Source: Lingula anatina | Taxonomy: Eukaryota > Animalia > Brachiopoda | DNA length: 64,000 nucleotides | Direction of reading: 5' to 3' | Assembly (NCBI GenBank): GCA_051362555.1 | Contig: CM120649.1 | Location: forward strand, 20,164,567-20,228,566 | Notes under the pieces: generated by a model | The model's database searches: none | The model's input: only the letters and a program-made list of their open reading frames with translations | Told to the model about the DNA's origin: nothing | In this document: positions 52,419-64,000 of the stretch, in pieces | Numbering within the stretch: the stretch's first letter is position 1 | Layout of the letters: each line of letters starts with the position of its first letter | Program-made: the position numbers and the translations under genes

Positions 52419-53079
52419 GCTGGGATTGCTGTTGCCCTACAGGCATGGATAAGTGTTGCCCCTCTTTTTTAGGCATGCTGCACCACTGAAATAAAAACAA
52501 ATGTCCTATAAAATTTAGTTTGGAGCTCAAATCTATACCAATAAAAATGAACGTTTCTCTTTTTCGTTTATCTCTTACTCCACATGGTCCTTAAAGAAGC
52601 CCTCTTGTTTTTTACTGGCAGGGTACAAATATGAAGGTGTTCTATATCATCCCTGTGTACTTATGTGTGACTGGTCAGGACCTGTTTTCACAGTGTATAC
52701 TTACAGTAACTGTTGCTAGTGTTTTTAGAATGATACTGATGTCATTGGTTAATCTAACTTGTTCTTTTTTGTTTGTTTTGTTTTTACATCAAGTCATGAC
52801 AGAATGTCAGATATATTTGAGCAACTTTTTAAAAGTAAAAATAACTGTGAATATTGCCCCCCCCCCCCACCCCCCACCCCCCACCCACTTTTTTTCGGAA
52901 CCCAGTTGCAACACTTAATTTCCCAGTTATATCATTTTAAACTACAGGTTTAAATGGCAGGGTCATCACAGTGGAGTAACAATACATACCAGTGTCATTA
53001 TCTGCCACTTAATGGGTTTTATATGTATCCATCTCTGTTCATAAGGATGACATTGAAGTGCTCAGTGTTTGGAGATATT

Positions 53080-54836
53080 TATCTATGTCATCACTGCAGA
53101 AGTAATGGGTTAGTTAGGCTTTACACAGTTCTCTTGCCTTCTCTGCCTATGTCATCACTACAGAGGTAATGGGTTAAGCTGTACACAGTTCTCTTGCCTT
53201 CTCTGCCTATGTCATCACTACAGAAGTAATGGGTTAGTTAGGTTGTACACAGTTCTCTTGCCTTCTCTGCCTATGTCATCACTACAGAAGTAATGGGTTA
53301 GGTTGTACACAGTTCTCTTTCCTTCTCTGCCTATGTCATCACTACAGAAGTAATGGGTTAGGTTGTACACAGTTCTCTTGCCTTCTCTGCCTATGTCATC
53401 ACTACAGAAGTAATGGGTTAGGCTGTACACAGTTCTCTTGCCTTCTCTGCCTATGTCATCACTACAGAAGTAATGGATTAGGTTGTACACAGTTCTCTTG
53501 CCTTCTCTGCCTATGTCATCACTACAGAAGTAATGGGTTAGGTTGTACACAGTTCTCTTGCCTTCTCTGCCTATGTCATCACTACAGAAGTAATGGGTTA
53601 GGCTGTACACAGTTCTCTTGCCTTCTCTGCCTATGTCATCACTACAGAAGTAATGGGTTAGGCTGTACACAGTTCTCTTGCCTTCTCTGCCTATGTCATC
53701 ACTACAGAAGTAATGGGTTAGGTTGTACACAGTTCTCTTGCTTTCTCTGCCTATGTCATCACTACAGAAGTAATGGGTTAGGCTGTACACAGTTCTCTTG
53801 CCTTCTCTGCCTATGTCATCACTACAGAAGTAATGGGTTAGGCTGTACACAGTTCTCTTGCCTTCTCTGCCTATGTCATCACTACAGAAGTAATGGATTA
53901 GGTTGTACACAGTTCTCTTGCCTTCTCTGCCTATGTCATCACTACAGAAGTAATGGATTAGGTTGTACACAGTTCTCTTGCCTTCTCTGCCTATGTCATC
54001 ACTACAGAAGTAATGGATTAGGTTGTACACAGTTCTCTTGCCTTCTCTGCCTATGTCATCACTACAGAAGTAATGGGTTAGGTTGTACACAGTTCTCTTG
54101 CCTTCTCTGCCTATGTCATCACTACAGAAGTAATGGGTTAGGTTGTACACAGTTCTCTTGCCTTCTCTGCCTATGTCATCACTACAGAAGTAATGGGTTA
54201 GGTTGTACACAGTTCTCTTGCCTTCTCTGCCTATGTCATCACTACAGAAGTAATGGGTTAGGTTGTACACAGTTCTCTTGCCTTCTCTGCCTATGTCATC
54301 ACTACAGAAGTAATGGGTTAGGCTGTACACAGTTCTCTTGCCTTCTCTGCCTATGTCATCACTACAGAGGTAATGGGTTAGGCTGTGCACAGTTCTCTTG
54401 CCTTCTCTGCCTATGTCATCACTACAGAAGTAATGGGTTAGGCTGTACACAGTTCTCTTGCCTTCTCTGCCTATGTCATCACTACAGAAGTAATGGGTTA
54501 GGCTGTACACAGTTCTCTTGCCTTCTCTGCCTATGTCATCACTACAGAAGTAATGGGTTAAGCTGTACACAGTTCTCTTGCCTTCTCTGCCTATGTCATC
54601 ACTACAGAAGTAATGGGTTAGGTTGTACACAGTTCTCTTGCCTTCTCTGCCTATGTCATCACTACAGAAGTAATGGGTTAGGTTGTACACAGTTCTCTTG
54701 CCTTCTCTGCCTATGTCATCGCTACAGAAGTAATGGGTTAGGTTGTACACAGTTCTCTTGCCTTCTCTGCCTATGTCATCACTACAGAAGTAATGGGTTA
54801 GGTTGTACACAGTTCTCTTGCCTTCTCTGCCTATGT
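53080..54836. repeat. 60-bp minisatellite (about 29 copies)
   Basis: The 60-nt printed lines repeat in register. Confidence 0.98.
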
Positions 54837-55169
54837 GGTGATGTCCATTTCATGTTCAAAACCTTGCTGAAAACTCCTACACCCAGTATTCAAGGGCTCA
54901 TTGGATCCCAAAATGAATATACAGTACATACCTAGAATTTGTGTATAGAGGGTGATAATAGACTTGTTATATGTAGAATATACATATATTTATGGAATGT
55001 GATTACTAGTATAGACTAACACAAGGTCATCACATCATTAGTACTAGTATCTGTGCCACATCTAGACACCAGTGCAGATTTCCACTATGCCTGAGTAAGT
55101 ACTGTGGATGGATCAGATGTTTGCAGGGCCCATAGACACGAACCTCTCAACAGAAGGTCTAGAAATTCA

Positions 55170-58100
55170 TTTTTATGTACAGACACAGATGTATCTGTAC
55201 ATATTGCCATCACCTGCGTCTGTCGTCGGCGATGCCGATGCCGTCGTCGTGCACTTTCCTTGTAAACACGATAAGTGGAAGGCAGTTTTACTTTTTGGCT
55301 TTATATTTACAGAGCTGATGAATATTCATAAAACGCAGGTCAAGTTCGAAAATCAGCATGATCGGGCCATTATTGTAGAAGTTATGCTGTTTTTTCACTT
55401 TTCAGCATATATGCAACCTTGTAAACACATTTTAAGGAAAACCGTTAGGCCTGTTGTCATGACACTCACAGGAATAATCAATCTTACTAAAACGCAGGTC
55501 AAGTTAGAAAATCGGCATGATCAGGCCACTATTTTAGTAGTTATGCTTTTTATGTACAGACACAGATGTGTCTGTACATATAGCCATCATCTGCGTCTGT
55601 CGTCGCCGTCGGCGCCATCGTCGCCGTGCACTTTTACCGATAACACGATAAGTGGAAAACCATTTTACCTTTTGACTTGAAACTTGCAGAACTGATGAAT
55701 ATTCATAATACGCAGGTCAAGTTCGAAAATCAGCATGATCGGGTCACTTTTAGGGAATAAATGCTGTTTTTTCACTTTTTTCAGCATATATGCAGCACCG
55801 ATAACACGATAAGTGGAAAACCATTTTACCTTTTGACTTGTAACTTACAGAACTGATGAATATTCATAATACGCAGGTCAAGTTCGAAAATCAGCATGAT
55901 CGGGTCACTTTTAGGGAATTTATGCTGTTTTTTCACTTTTTTCAGCATATATGCAGCACCGATAACACGATAAGTGGAAAACCATTTTACCTTTTGACTT
56001 GAAACTTACAGAACTGATGAATATTCATAATACGCAGGTCGAGTTCGAAAATCAGCATGATTGGGTCACTTTTAGGGAATTTATGCTGTTTTTTCACTTT
56101 TTTCAGCATATATGCAGCACCGATAACATGATAAGTAGAAAACCATTTTACCTTTTGACTTGAAACTTACAGAACTGATGAATATTCATAATACGCAGGT
56201 CAAGTTCGAAAATCAGCATGATTGGGCCATTTTTAGGGAATTTATGCTGTTTTTTCACTATTTTCAATATAAATGCAACACTGATAACACAATATAAGAA
56301 AAACGGATTGGCCAATTGTAATTATACTCACAGGAGTGGTCAATCTTACTAAAACGCAGGATGAGTTCGAAAATCAGCATAATCGGGCCATTATTTTAGA
56401 AGTTATACTGTTTTTTCACATGTCTTCAGATTCAATTATTAGGCATGTTAACAGTCTCATTATTTAACTAATAAGATGCCTAAAAGTGTTTGTTTGACAT
56501 TTCCTGCATCTTTACAACATTGTTAGTTGATTTTGTAAAAATGATGGTAAACTTGTTATTGTGTATTGTGTAATAAAGTGTCAAAAATGGAAATAAACTC
56601 ATATCATTGCAGTTTGTCAGATTCAATCATTCACTATGTTCAGAATCTCAGAATGGAAGAAATTGGACATTTAACACTGCTTTATTGATATTTTTCCCAT
56701 CTCATCAATTTTCTTAGTTGATCATATAAAAATGGCAGTAAACTGTTAATTTTGTTTTATGTTAAAAATTGTTAAAAATGAAAAAAAAAAAATTCAGAAC
56801 AGTGCTGTCTTTGTTTACATTTTGGCACTTTCAAGTTGTGACTTAGAGGTTCCATGGGCCTGAAGACCTTGGCTAGTCACATTTTCTGAATATCCATGAT
56901 ACTAATATTTTATTATTAAAAATTGATGGTCATTATGCTGTTAAACATTATGTAATATTGCATCAAAATTTGAAAAAAACCTATTTTGGGCACTGCTCCC
57001 ATGATGACCATTTAAGAAAAACCATGTCACTTACTGTTCTCAAACAGTACAGTAAATATATATATATAGATGTGTCTGTACATATTGCCATCACCTGCGT
57101 CTGTCGTCGCTGTCATCGGCGTCGCCGGTGCCGTGCACTTTCATTGTAAACACGATAAGTGGAAGGCAGTTTTACTTTTGGGCTTTATATTTACAGAGCT
57201 GATGAATATTCATAAAACGCAGGTCAAGTTCGAAAATCAGCATGATCGGGCCATTATTGTAGAAGTTATGCTTTTTTTTTCACTTTTCAGCATATATGCA
57301 ACACTGTAAACACATTCCAAGGAAAACCGATAGGCCTGTTGTCATGAAACTCACAGGAGTAATCTATCTTACTAAAACGCAGGTCAAGTTCGAAAATCAG
57401 CATGATCGGGCCACTATTTTAGTAGTTATGCTGTTTTTTCATTTTTCAGCATATATGCAACACTGTAAACACAATATAAGAAAAACAGATAGGCCAATTG
57501 TCATTAAACTCACAGGAGTGGTCAATCTTACTAAAACGCAGGTTGAGTTCGAAAATCAGCATAATCGGGCCATTATTTTAGAAGTTATGCTGTTTTTTCA
57601 CATTTCCTCAGATTAAATTCTTAGGCATGTTAACAGTCTTATTGTTTTACTAATAAGATACATAAAAGTGTTTGTTTGACATTTCCTGCATCTTTACAAC
57701 ATTGTAAGTTGATTATGTAAAAATGATGGTAAACTTGTTATCGTGTATTGTGTAATAAAGTGTCAAAAATGGAAATAAACTCATATCATTGCAGTTTGTC
57801 AGATTCATTCATTAACTATGTTCAGAATCTCAGAATGGAGGAAATTGGACATTTAACACTGTTCTATTGATATTTTTCCCATCTCATCAATTTTCTTAGT
57901 TGATCATATAAAAATTGCAGTAAACTGTTTATTTTGTTTTATGTTAAAAAATTGTTAAAAAAAAAAAAAAAAATTTCAGAACAGTGCTGTCTTTGTTTAC
58001 ATTTTGGCATTTTCAAGTTGTGACTTTGAAGTTCCATGGGCCTGAAGACCTTTGCTAGTCACATTTTCTGAATATCCATGATACTAATATTTTATTATTA

Positions 58101-58455
58101 AAATTGATGGTCATTATGCTGTTAAACATTATGTAATATTGCATCAAAATTAAAAAAAAAAAACTATTTTGGGCACTGCTCCCATGATGACCATTTAAGA
58201 AAAACCATGTCACTTACTGTTCTCAAACTTACAGGAAAGAAACATGGGACTAAAATACAGCTTCAGTAGGCAATGCAGTCTGTTTGGTAATTCTTACTGC
58301 CAGTTAAACGGTTTCACATATTGGCATTTTCAAAGTGTGACTTTGAAGTTCCACGGTCTTGTTTATTATTGCATCAAAATTGGCAAAATGACCTCTTTTG
58401 CATCCTTTTTTCTGTTATTTTGTCTGTACATTTGACAGCTTTGCTGCCTTGTCTT
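55170..58455 (+). mobile_element. Compound non-autonomous Helitron/Helentron-type (HINE-like) element with internal 161-bp repeats
   Basis: 5' heads ttttt-atgtacagaca...tctgtacat plus a cgtcg-rich tract at 55170, 55547 and (partial) about 57068. Internal repeats have period 161. The 3' end has the inverted tgtctgtacat followed by a short hairpin (cagc ttt gctg) and a T tract. About 56290-57045 is duplicated at about 57470-58228. Confidence 0.75.
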
Positions 58456-58959
58456 TAAAAGCCAGTGTCAGTTGTCTTTTGGTGAAGATATCTGATTCTT
58501 GACAAGCCAGGCAGCCATTCTTGTTGCTTCAGTTAAAGCTGCCCTTCTCCCCAGAAAAGTATATTGATCTCAAAAGACATGCAGATGCAACAGCAGAAGA
58601 AACTGACCCATTAACTGCCAATTCTTTTTTTATCATTTTATTTATTTATTGTTATTTTCATTATTAATATTCTCCTTTCTTTTTCAGTGTCTGCAGTATG
58701 TCATCAAAACCAGCATGTTGATGTCCATTTCAATGTACAGTACCAGCTAACAGCTGACCATTCTTTTGCTGGCAACAATACAGCCATTAGCAGCATTATA
58801 CTTGACAAATATTCTGTATTAAATCTTCACGTAAATATCAAAAAACAGTCAACAGGTGGATGTTTGATTCATGGCACCAGTACAGACCAGTCAAGAAGTG
58901 TAGGAATAAAATCATTTCAACAAACAGCATCAGTGAACCAATGGGAATGACTTTCGTGA

Positions 58960-59375
58960 CTGGAACTGTATCAGATATTCAATACAGAAGTCACTGAGAT
59001 TGGAACTGTGTGTATAAAATATTCAATACAGAAATCATCAAGATTGGAACTATTGTGTGCCTAAAATATACAATACCGAAATCACCAAGATTGGAACTGT
59101 GTGCATAAAATATGCAATACCGAAATCACCAAGATTGGAACTGTGTGCATAAAATATGCAATACCGAAATCACCAAGATTGGAACTGTGTGCATAAAATA
59201 TGCAATACCGAAATCACCAAGATTGGAACTGTGTGTATAAAATATTCAATACCAAAATCACCAAGATTGGAACTGTGTGTATAAAATATTCAGTACAGAA
59301 GTCATCAAGATTGGAATTTTGTGTATAAAATATTTAGTACAGAATTCACCAAGATTGGAACTGTGTGTATATAAC
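58960..59375. repeat. 44-bp minisatellite
   Basis: caccaagattggaactgtgtg at 59127, 59171, and so on. Confidence 0.9.
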
Positions 59376-60179
59376 ATTCAGCTCATAGTTAAGGCAGGAC
59401 TGGAACACAGTATATGTTACATCCATGGTCTGAAAGTCACTAGTAATTGACAGGATTGGATAACCCCTAAAATGCCAGTAGAACCAGTGCCACTGACCAG
59501 TATCAAGTGATTGGGATATAAATGTCAACTAGAGGGAACTTCCGAAAACCATTTTAAATTGACCATCCAGTAGAACTTATTGTGCAGGCCACAAAGTGTA
59601 ATGTCAAAGTTTGAGTTGATCATTTCTGCTTGCATGTATTTGGTTGGCTGTGTCTGTATCTGAAGTCTTCACTTTTGAGAGTTAAAAAGAAATACTTAAT
59701 AATTTGAAATCCCTCTTTTACTTAGCAGTATTGATGTGTAGAAATAAGGAAAGAGAAAAAAAGCACAGTTTGTGACTGCTTCTGAAAAAATACTGCCTGT
59801 CAGTTTTCAGAGAGAAAATATCTATATATTGATTATTTTTATTTTAAATTCTTCCAAGTAGCATGTTCTTTCATAAACAGATTTTAACAGGGTGTGTACA
59901 TTGAACCAGGGTATGAACTCTTACGTTTTTCCTGGATGTGAGTATAAATTTTTACTTTTGAAGTATGTACAGATGAATCTTTGTCATGTCTGTTAGTTGA
60001 CTAAAATCTTAAGTTTCACGTGGGTTCACAGGTTCAAAGGATCTTTGTCATTACTGCAGTGTATTCACTCTTTGAATGTGTAAACATATTTCAAGATTTT
60101 GTACCTCACCAAAACTGAGGTTCTTTTATGGTTGCCAGGGCTTGAGTAGGTTGCCAGGGTCTTTGTGGATTGTGAAATG

Positions 60180-60450
60180 CACCTCCAGCCTTGTAGTCAG
60201 ACATCCCCCAGCCTTGTAGTCAGGCATCCCCCCAGCCTTGTAGTCAGACATCCCCCAGCCTTGTAGCAACCTTGTAGTCAGACACCTCCAGCCTTGTATT
60301 TAGACATCCCCCAGCCTTGTAGTCAGACATCCCCCAGCCTTCTAGTCAGACATCCCCCAGCCTTGTAGTCAGGCATCCCCCAGCCTTGTAGTTAGACATC
60401 CCCAAGCCTTGTAGCAGACTTGTGGTTAGACATCCCCCAGCCTTGTAGTT
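60180..60450. repeat. ~24-bp minisatellite
   Basis: Unit ccagccttgtagtcagacatcccc. Confidence 0.88.
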
Positions 60451-60695
60451 TACTACATGTGGTCACATTGTTCTTGTCTGTATGCTGATATTTTGTGCCA
60501 AGAAATATATTTGATAAAAGAATATACATTTTACTACAAATCTGAACACATCGCCATAAGCTACTAACAGCTGTGGAGAGATGAACTATGAGTTGATCTG
60601 TCACAGGAACTAAGGCTGGGGAACTATGGAAAGTTTTTCAAGGTGAAGAAGATAAAAATGATGTTATCGGCCCTGTCCTATGCCATTCATTCAGC

Positions 60696-61127
60696 TTTTA
60701 CTGCTATGGGACAGCACATGGCTGAAGTCCATTACTAGTGGTCAGCATGGTCACATCTCTGCTAATACAACTAGAGTTCTCAGTTTACTGCTATGGGACA
60801 GCACATGGCTGAAGTCCATTACTAGTGGTCAGCATGGTCACATCTCTGCTAATACAACTAGAGTTCTCAATTTACTGCTATGGGACAGCACATGGCTGAA
60901 GTCCATTACTAGTGGTCAGCATGGTCACATCTCTGCTAATACAACTAGAGTTCTCAGTTTACTGCTATGGGACAGCACATGGCTGAAGTCCATTACTAGT
61001 GGTCAGCATGGTCACATCTCTGCTAATACAACTAGAGTTCTCAATTTACTGCTATGGGACAGCACATGGCTGAAGTCCATTACTAGTGGTCAGCATGGTC
61101 ACATCTCTGCTAATACAACTAGTTCTC
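60696..61127. repeat. 87-bp tandem repeat (about 5 copies)
   Basis: 29-aa periodicity in ORF 60680..61165. Confidence 0.93.
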
Positions 61128-63704
61128 TGTTTGAATTACTCTTTATGTCAGAATACATTGTGTGATAGGCACCTCTAAAAAGATTTATTCTAAAAAATGT
61201 CATTTTCCAGTGGGGGCGAGTGAGAGAGCAGATGTCAACAAGTTCAGGTAGGCAAGTTGGTCATGAGCTAGGTGTTGAAACTGAAGAAAGGTGTCTGGCA
61301 TATAGTGTAGTTTTTAATGTGACAAATTCAGGAACAAATATCAGCTATGGTAAAAGTATGGGGAGACATTTTGCCCCACACTCACCCTACCAAAAAAAAA
61401 AACAGCTTCAAAAATGGTTATTGGTTTTATCAGTCACATTGAAATGTGTTTTAAAGACAGATAATTTGAAAATGAATACTGAGACGAAGCTGCTATAGTT
61501 ATGGAGTTTAGAAGAGATGGGTTTTTTTTTTTTATGTCATTTAGAATTTAATAGAATTAAATGCTGTTGAAGACTGCCAGTAGAATTATCTCACTTATGT
61601 TTGCAGCTGAAATCCTCCTTTTTGCTGTCCTCTAATTATCTGCAGAAAATACATCATATGTAAGGCATTGTATCATTTTAGTGCAAGGAGATGTATTTTG
61701 CTGTTTGAGCCCTTTTCAAGACCACTGTGTGAGGCACATTTTGTACATAAGAGGTTATAGCAGGAGGTGGAGAGAACACAAATCATGTCCACATTCTGCC
61801 TATTTCTAGCAGAAAAAGCTGTTTTTATATCTGATTTACTTATTGCATCCTTTTTTATTAGATAGTTGATATCCTGTTCAAATATTACATTTTTATCTCA
61901 AATGTGAAACTGCAAGTTAGTGCTATTTGAGTTATGTGAAAAAAAAATCATAAGAAACTGTTATATGTAATTTTGGATTTTGAATTGTGTAGAGTGGTTG
62001 TTGATAAGTATAAAACATGGAAGTCCCTGGAAGCATCAAATATCGATGACAGCTTTTAACTGACAGTTTGAAGATGTGGACATTTTTAGGGCCACAGTTT
62101 CACGTTAATAACTGCGACTGACTTCAGTGCAATCTATTACATTATGAAGAAAGGCTGTATATTTAGTGGTGATACAACCAAATGTCAACTATTCTAAATA
62201 TGAACCCTTCTCTATTTACAGATGATATAGACAAGCAGGTCTTTTGAAATCTCATATAATGCTACTTTCAAAACGTACAAAAAGGAAAATAATTCCGTAT
62301 AAAAATATACACATTCTAAGGACTATACATGGCCCATTATATTCTATAGTATGGATGTGTTTGATATATATATATATAAATATATGAAATAATTATTATA
62401 CAATAGCGTGTGTATGTGAATAATAACCAGGATTATCATTACTATGAACATTATCAGTATAATATTTTATGAACTTGATGTATAGTTTCTTGACCGAAGT
62501 GTAGTCCAGTAAGTCTGCTGACAGGAAGACAGGGGGAGGCAAATCATGGAATAAATATGGACTTGGAAATGAAATGTCTTCTGAGTTCTTAGTTCTTAAG
62601 AACTGTGATAAATATTAAACATGATGAAGATTTTTTCCTTTTATTTGGGGACTCGCTCCTGTGCATGTGGCAAAGAATATTTAAAACGGACATGTTATAT
62701 GAAATGCCAGTGAAAGAGGCGGGGGGGACTCTGCAATATGTACACACTCGTTCGCGCGCGTGCAAACATACCGACGTTAGCGCACTGCCCAATACACGCC
62801 ACCGTGTACTCGGGATCAGATAATACAGTCGAAACCGTGATGGCATCCTTGTCGACAATATCGCTCTTTATTGTGCCAGAGAAGATGTGATGTAGGAACG
62901 GCCACTGCTGCATCATGTCTGTGGTATCGAGGAAACCGGGGCAACGGTTATCCATGCAAACGTAATGTTTCACATACATACTCATTACAGAAACACGACC
63001 TGGGCGAGTTACGGAATCAAGACGCTTGCGCTCGGTCGCAATGCGCGATGGTTTCGAGTTCCGGGGCCTGGACACAGACGCACACACGCACACGCACACA
63101 CACACACACACACACAGTCGCACACACAAACACACACGTGCGGGAAGCACACACGTTGCGGGACACAAGAAGTAGAGTTACAATGCCTTATATATTATAC
63201 TTTTTATTTATTTATTTTCCATACAAATCTCAGAATCAACATATCTTCTTAGGTTCTTTTAGCAAACATATCCGTTTCGAGCGGAACGAAAGGAAATCTA
63301 GAACGCTTATATTATGCATTTTACAAAAACGTATTAGGTGCACGTGATTTTAAATGTCAAAAGTCCGTTTATCTTTAAGATGTATTGTACCGACCAGACT
63401 ACACAAAAGGCCTGATTTCACGCTGATACAGAGCAAAAGAAACAAAACTAACTGTGAATTAATTGACCGTACTTGGTGCCGCCGCCCATTAAAATTCAAA
63501 TTGATTGATAAATGTAAAACACGTGGTTACAAATTGCCCATTAACAAGATAATATTTTTGGTGCCATAGACACTTCACATTATTGATGTGTGGAATAAAG
63601 CTCAAGACAAAGTCATGCATAGTATATTTATTAAGATAATTTTTAACACGTTTGAGAATGCTTGTTACAATTCAACCAAGCCTGCTATGTTCAGATAGGG
63701 GGCT

Positions 63705-64000
63705 GACCACTCCCCAACCGCTCACTCTATGGACATACAGTGGATATATGACCACTCCCCAACTGCTCACTCTATGGACACACAGTGGATATATGACCAC
63801 TCCCCAACCGCTCACTCTATGGACTCACAGTAGATATATGACCACTCCCCAACTGCTCACTCTATGGACACACAGTAGATATATGACCACTCCCCAACTG
63901 CTCACTCTATGGACACACAGTGGATATATGACCACTCCCCAACCGCTCACTCTATGGACACACAGTGGATATATGACCACTCCCCAACCGCTCACTCTAT
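63705..64000. repeat. 45-bp minisatellite running off the window
   Basis: Unit gaccactccccaaccgctcactctatggacacacagtggatatat. Confidence 0.93.

Noticed and set aside
53218-54810. 530-aa ORF of 20-aa repeats
   Set aside because: It is a 60-bp minisatellite with no unique domain or splice support. The same applies to ORFs 45574..46239, 60680..61165 and 36889..37405.
478-64000. Regular short repeats as CRISPR arrays
   Set aside because: There are no unique spacers and no cas genes, and the context is eukaryotic and spliced.

Overview
This is AT-rich, intron-containing animal genomic DNA, probably from a lophotrochozoan such as a mollusc (inferred from gene and repeat content). I reconstructed five protein-coding genes by hand from splice signals and reading-frame phase. 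They are the 5' part of a secreted CUB + Ca-EGF protein (minus), a head-to-head pair of SLC16/MCT transporters (minus 624 aa, plus 610 aa), GRTP1/TBC1D6 (minus, 340 aa), and Rap2 (plus, 179 aa), which is head-to-head with GRTP1. Most long ORFs in the supplied track are translated minisatellites. There are also several non-autonomous DNA elements. The most striking pattern is that about 10 of the roughly 41 coding splice sites sit inside tandem arrays whose unit is the exon-intron junction itself. These arrays hold 2 to about 20 intact decoy donors or acceptors and always extend into the intron. The two MCT paralogues have independently amplified the same homologous acceptor, and one array is a chain of complete AG-microexon-GT units.
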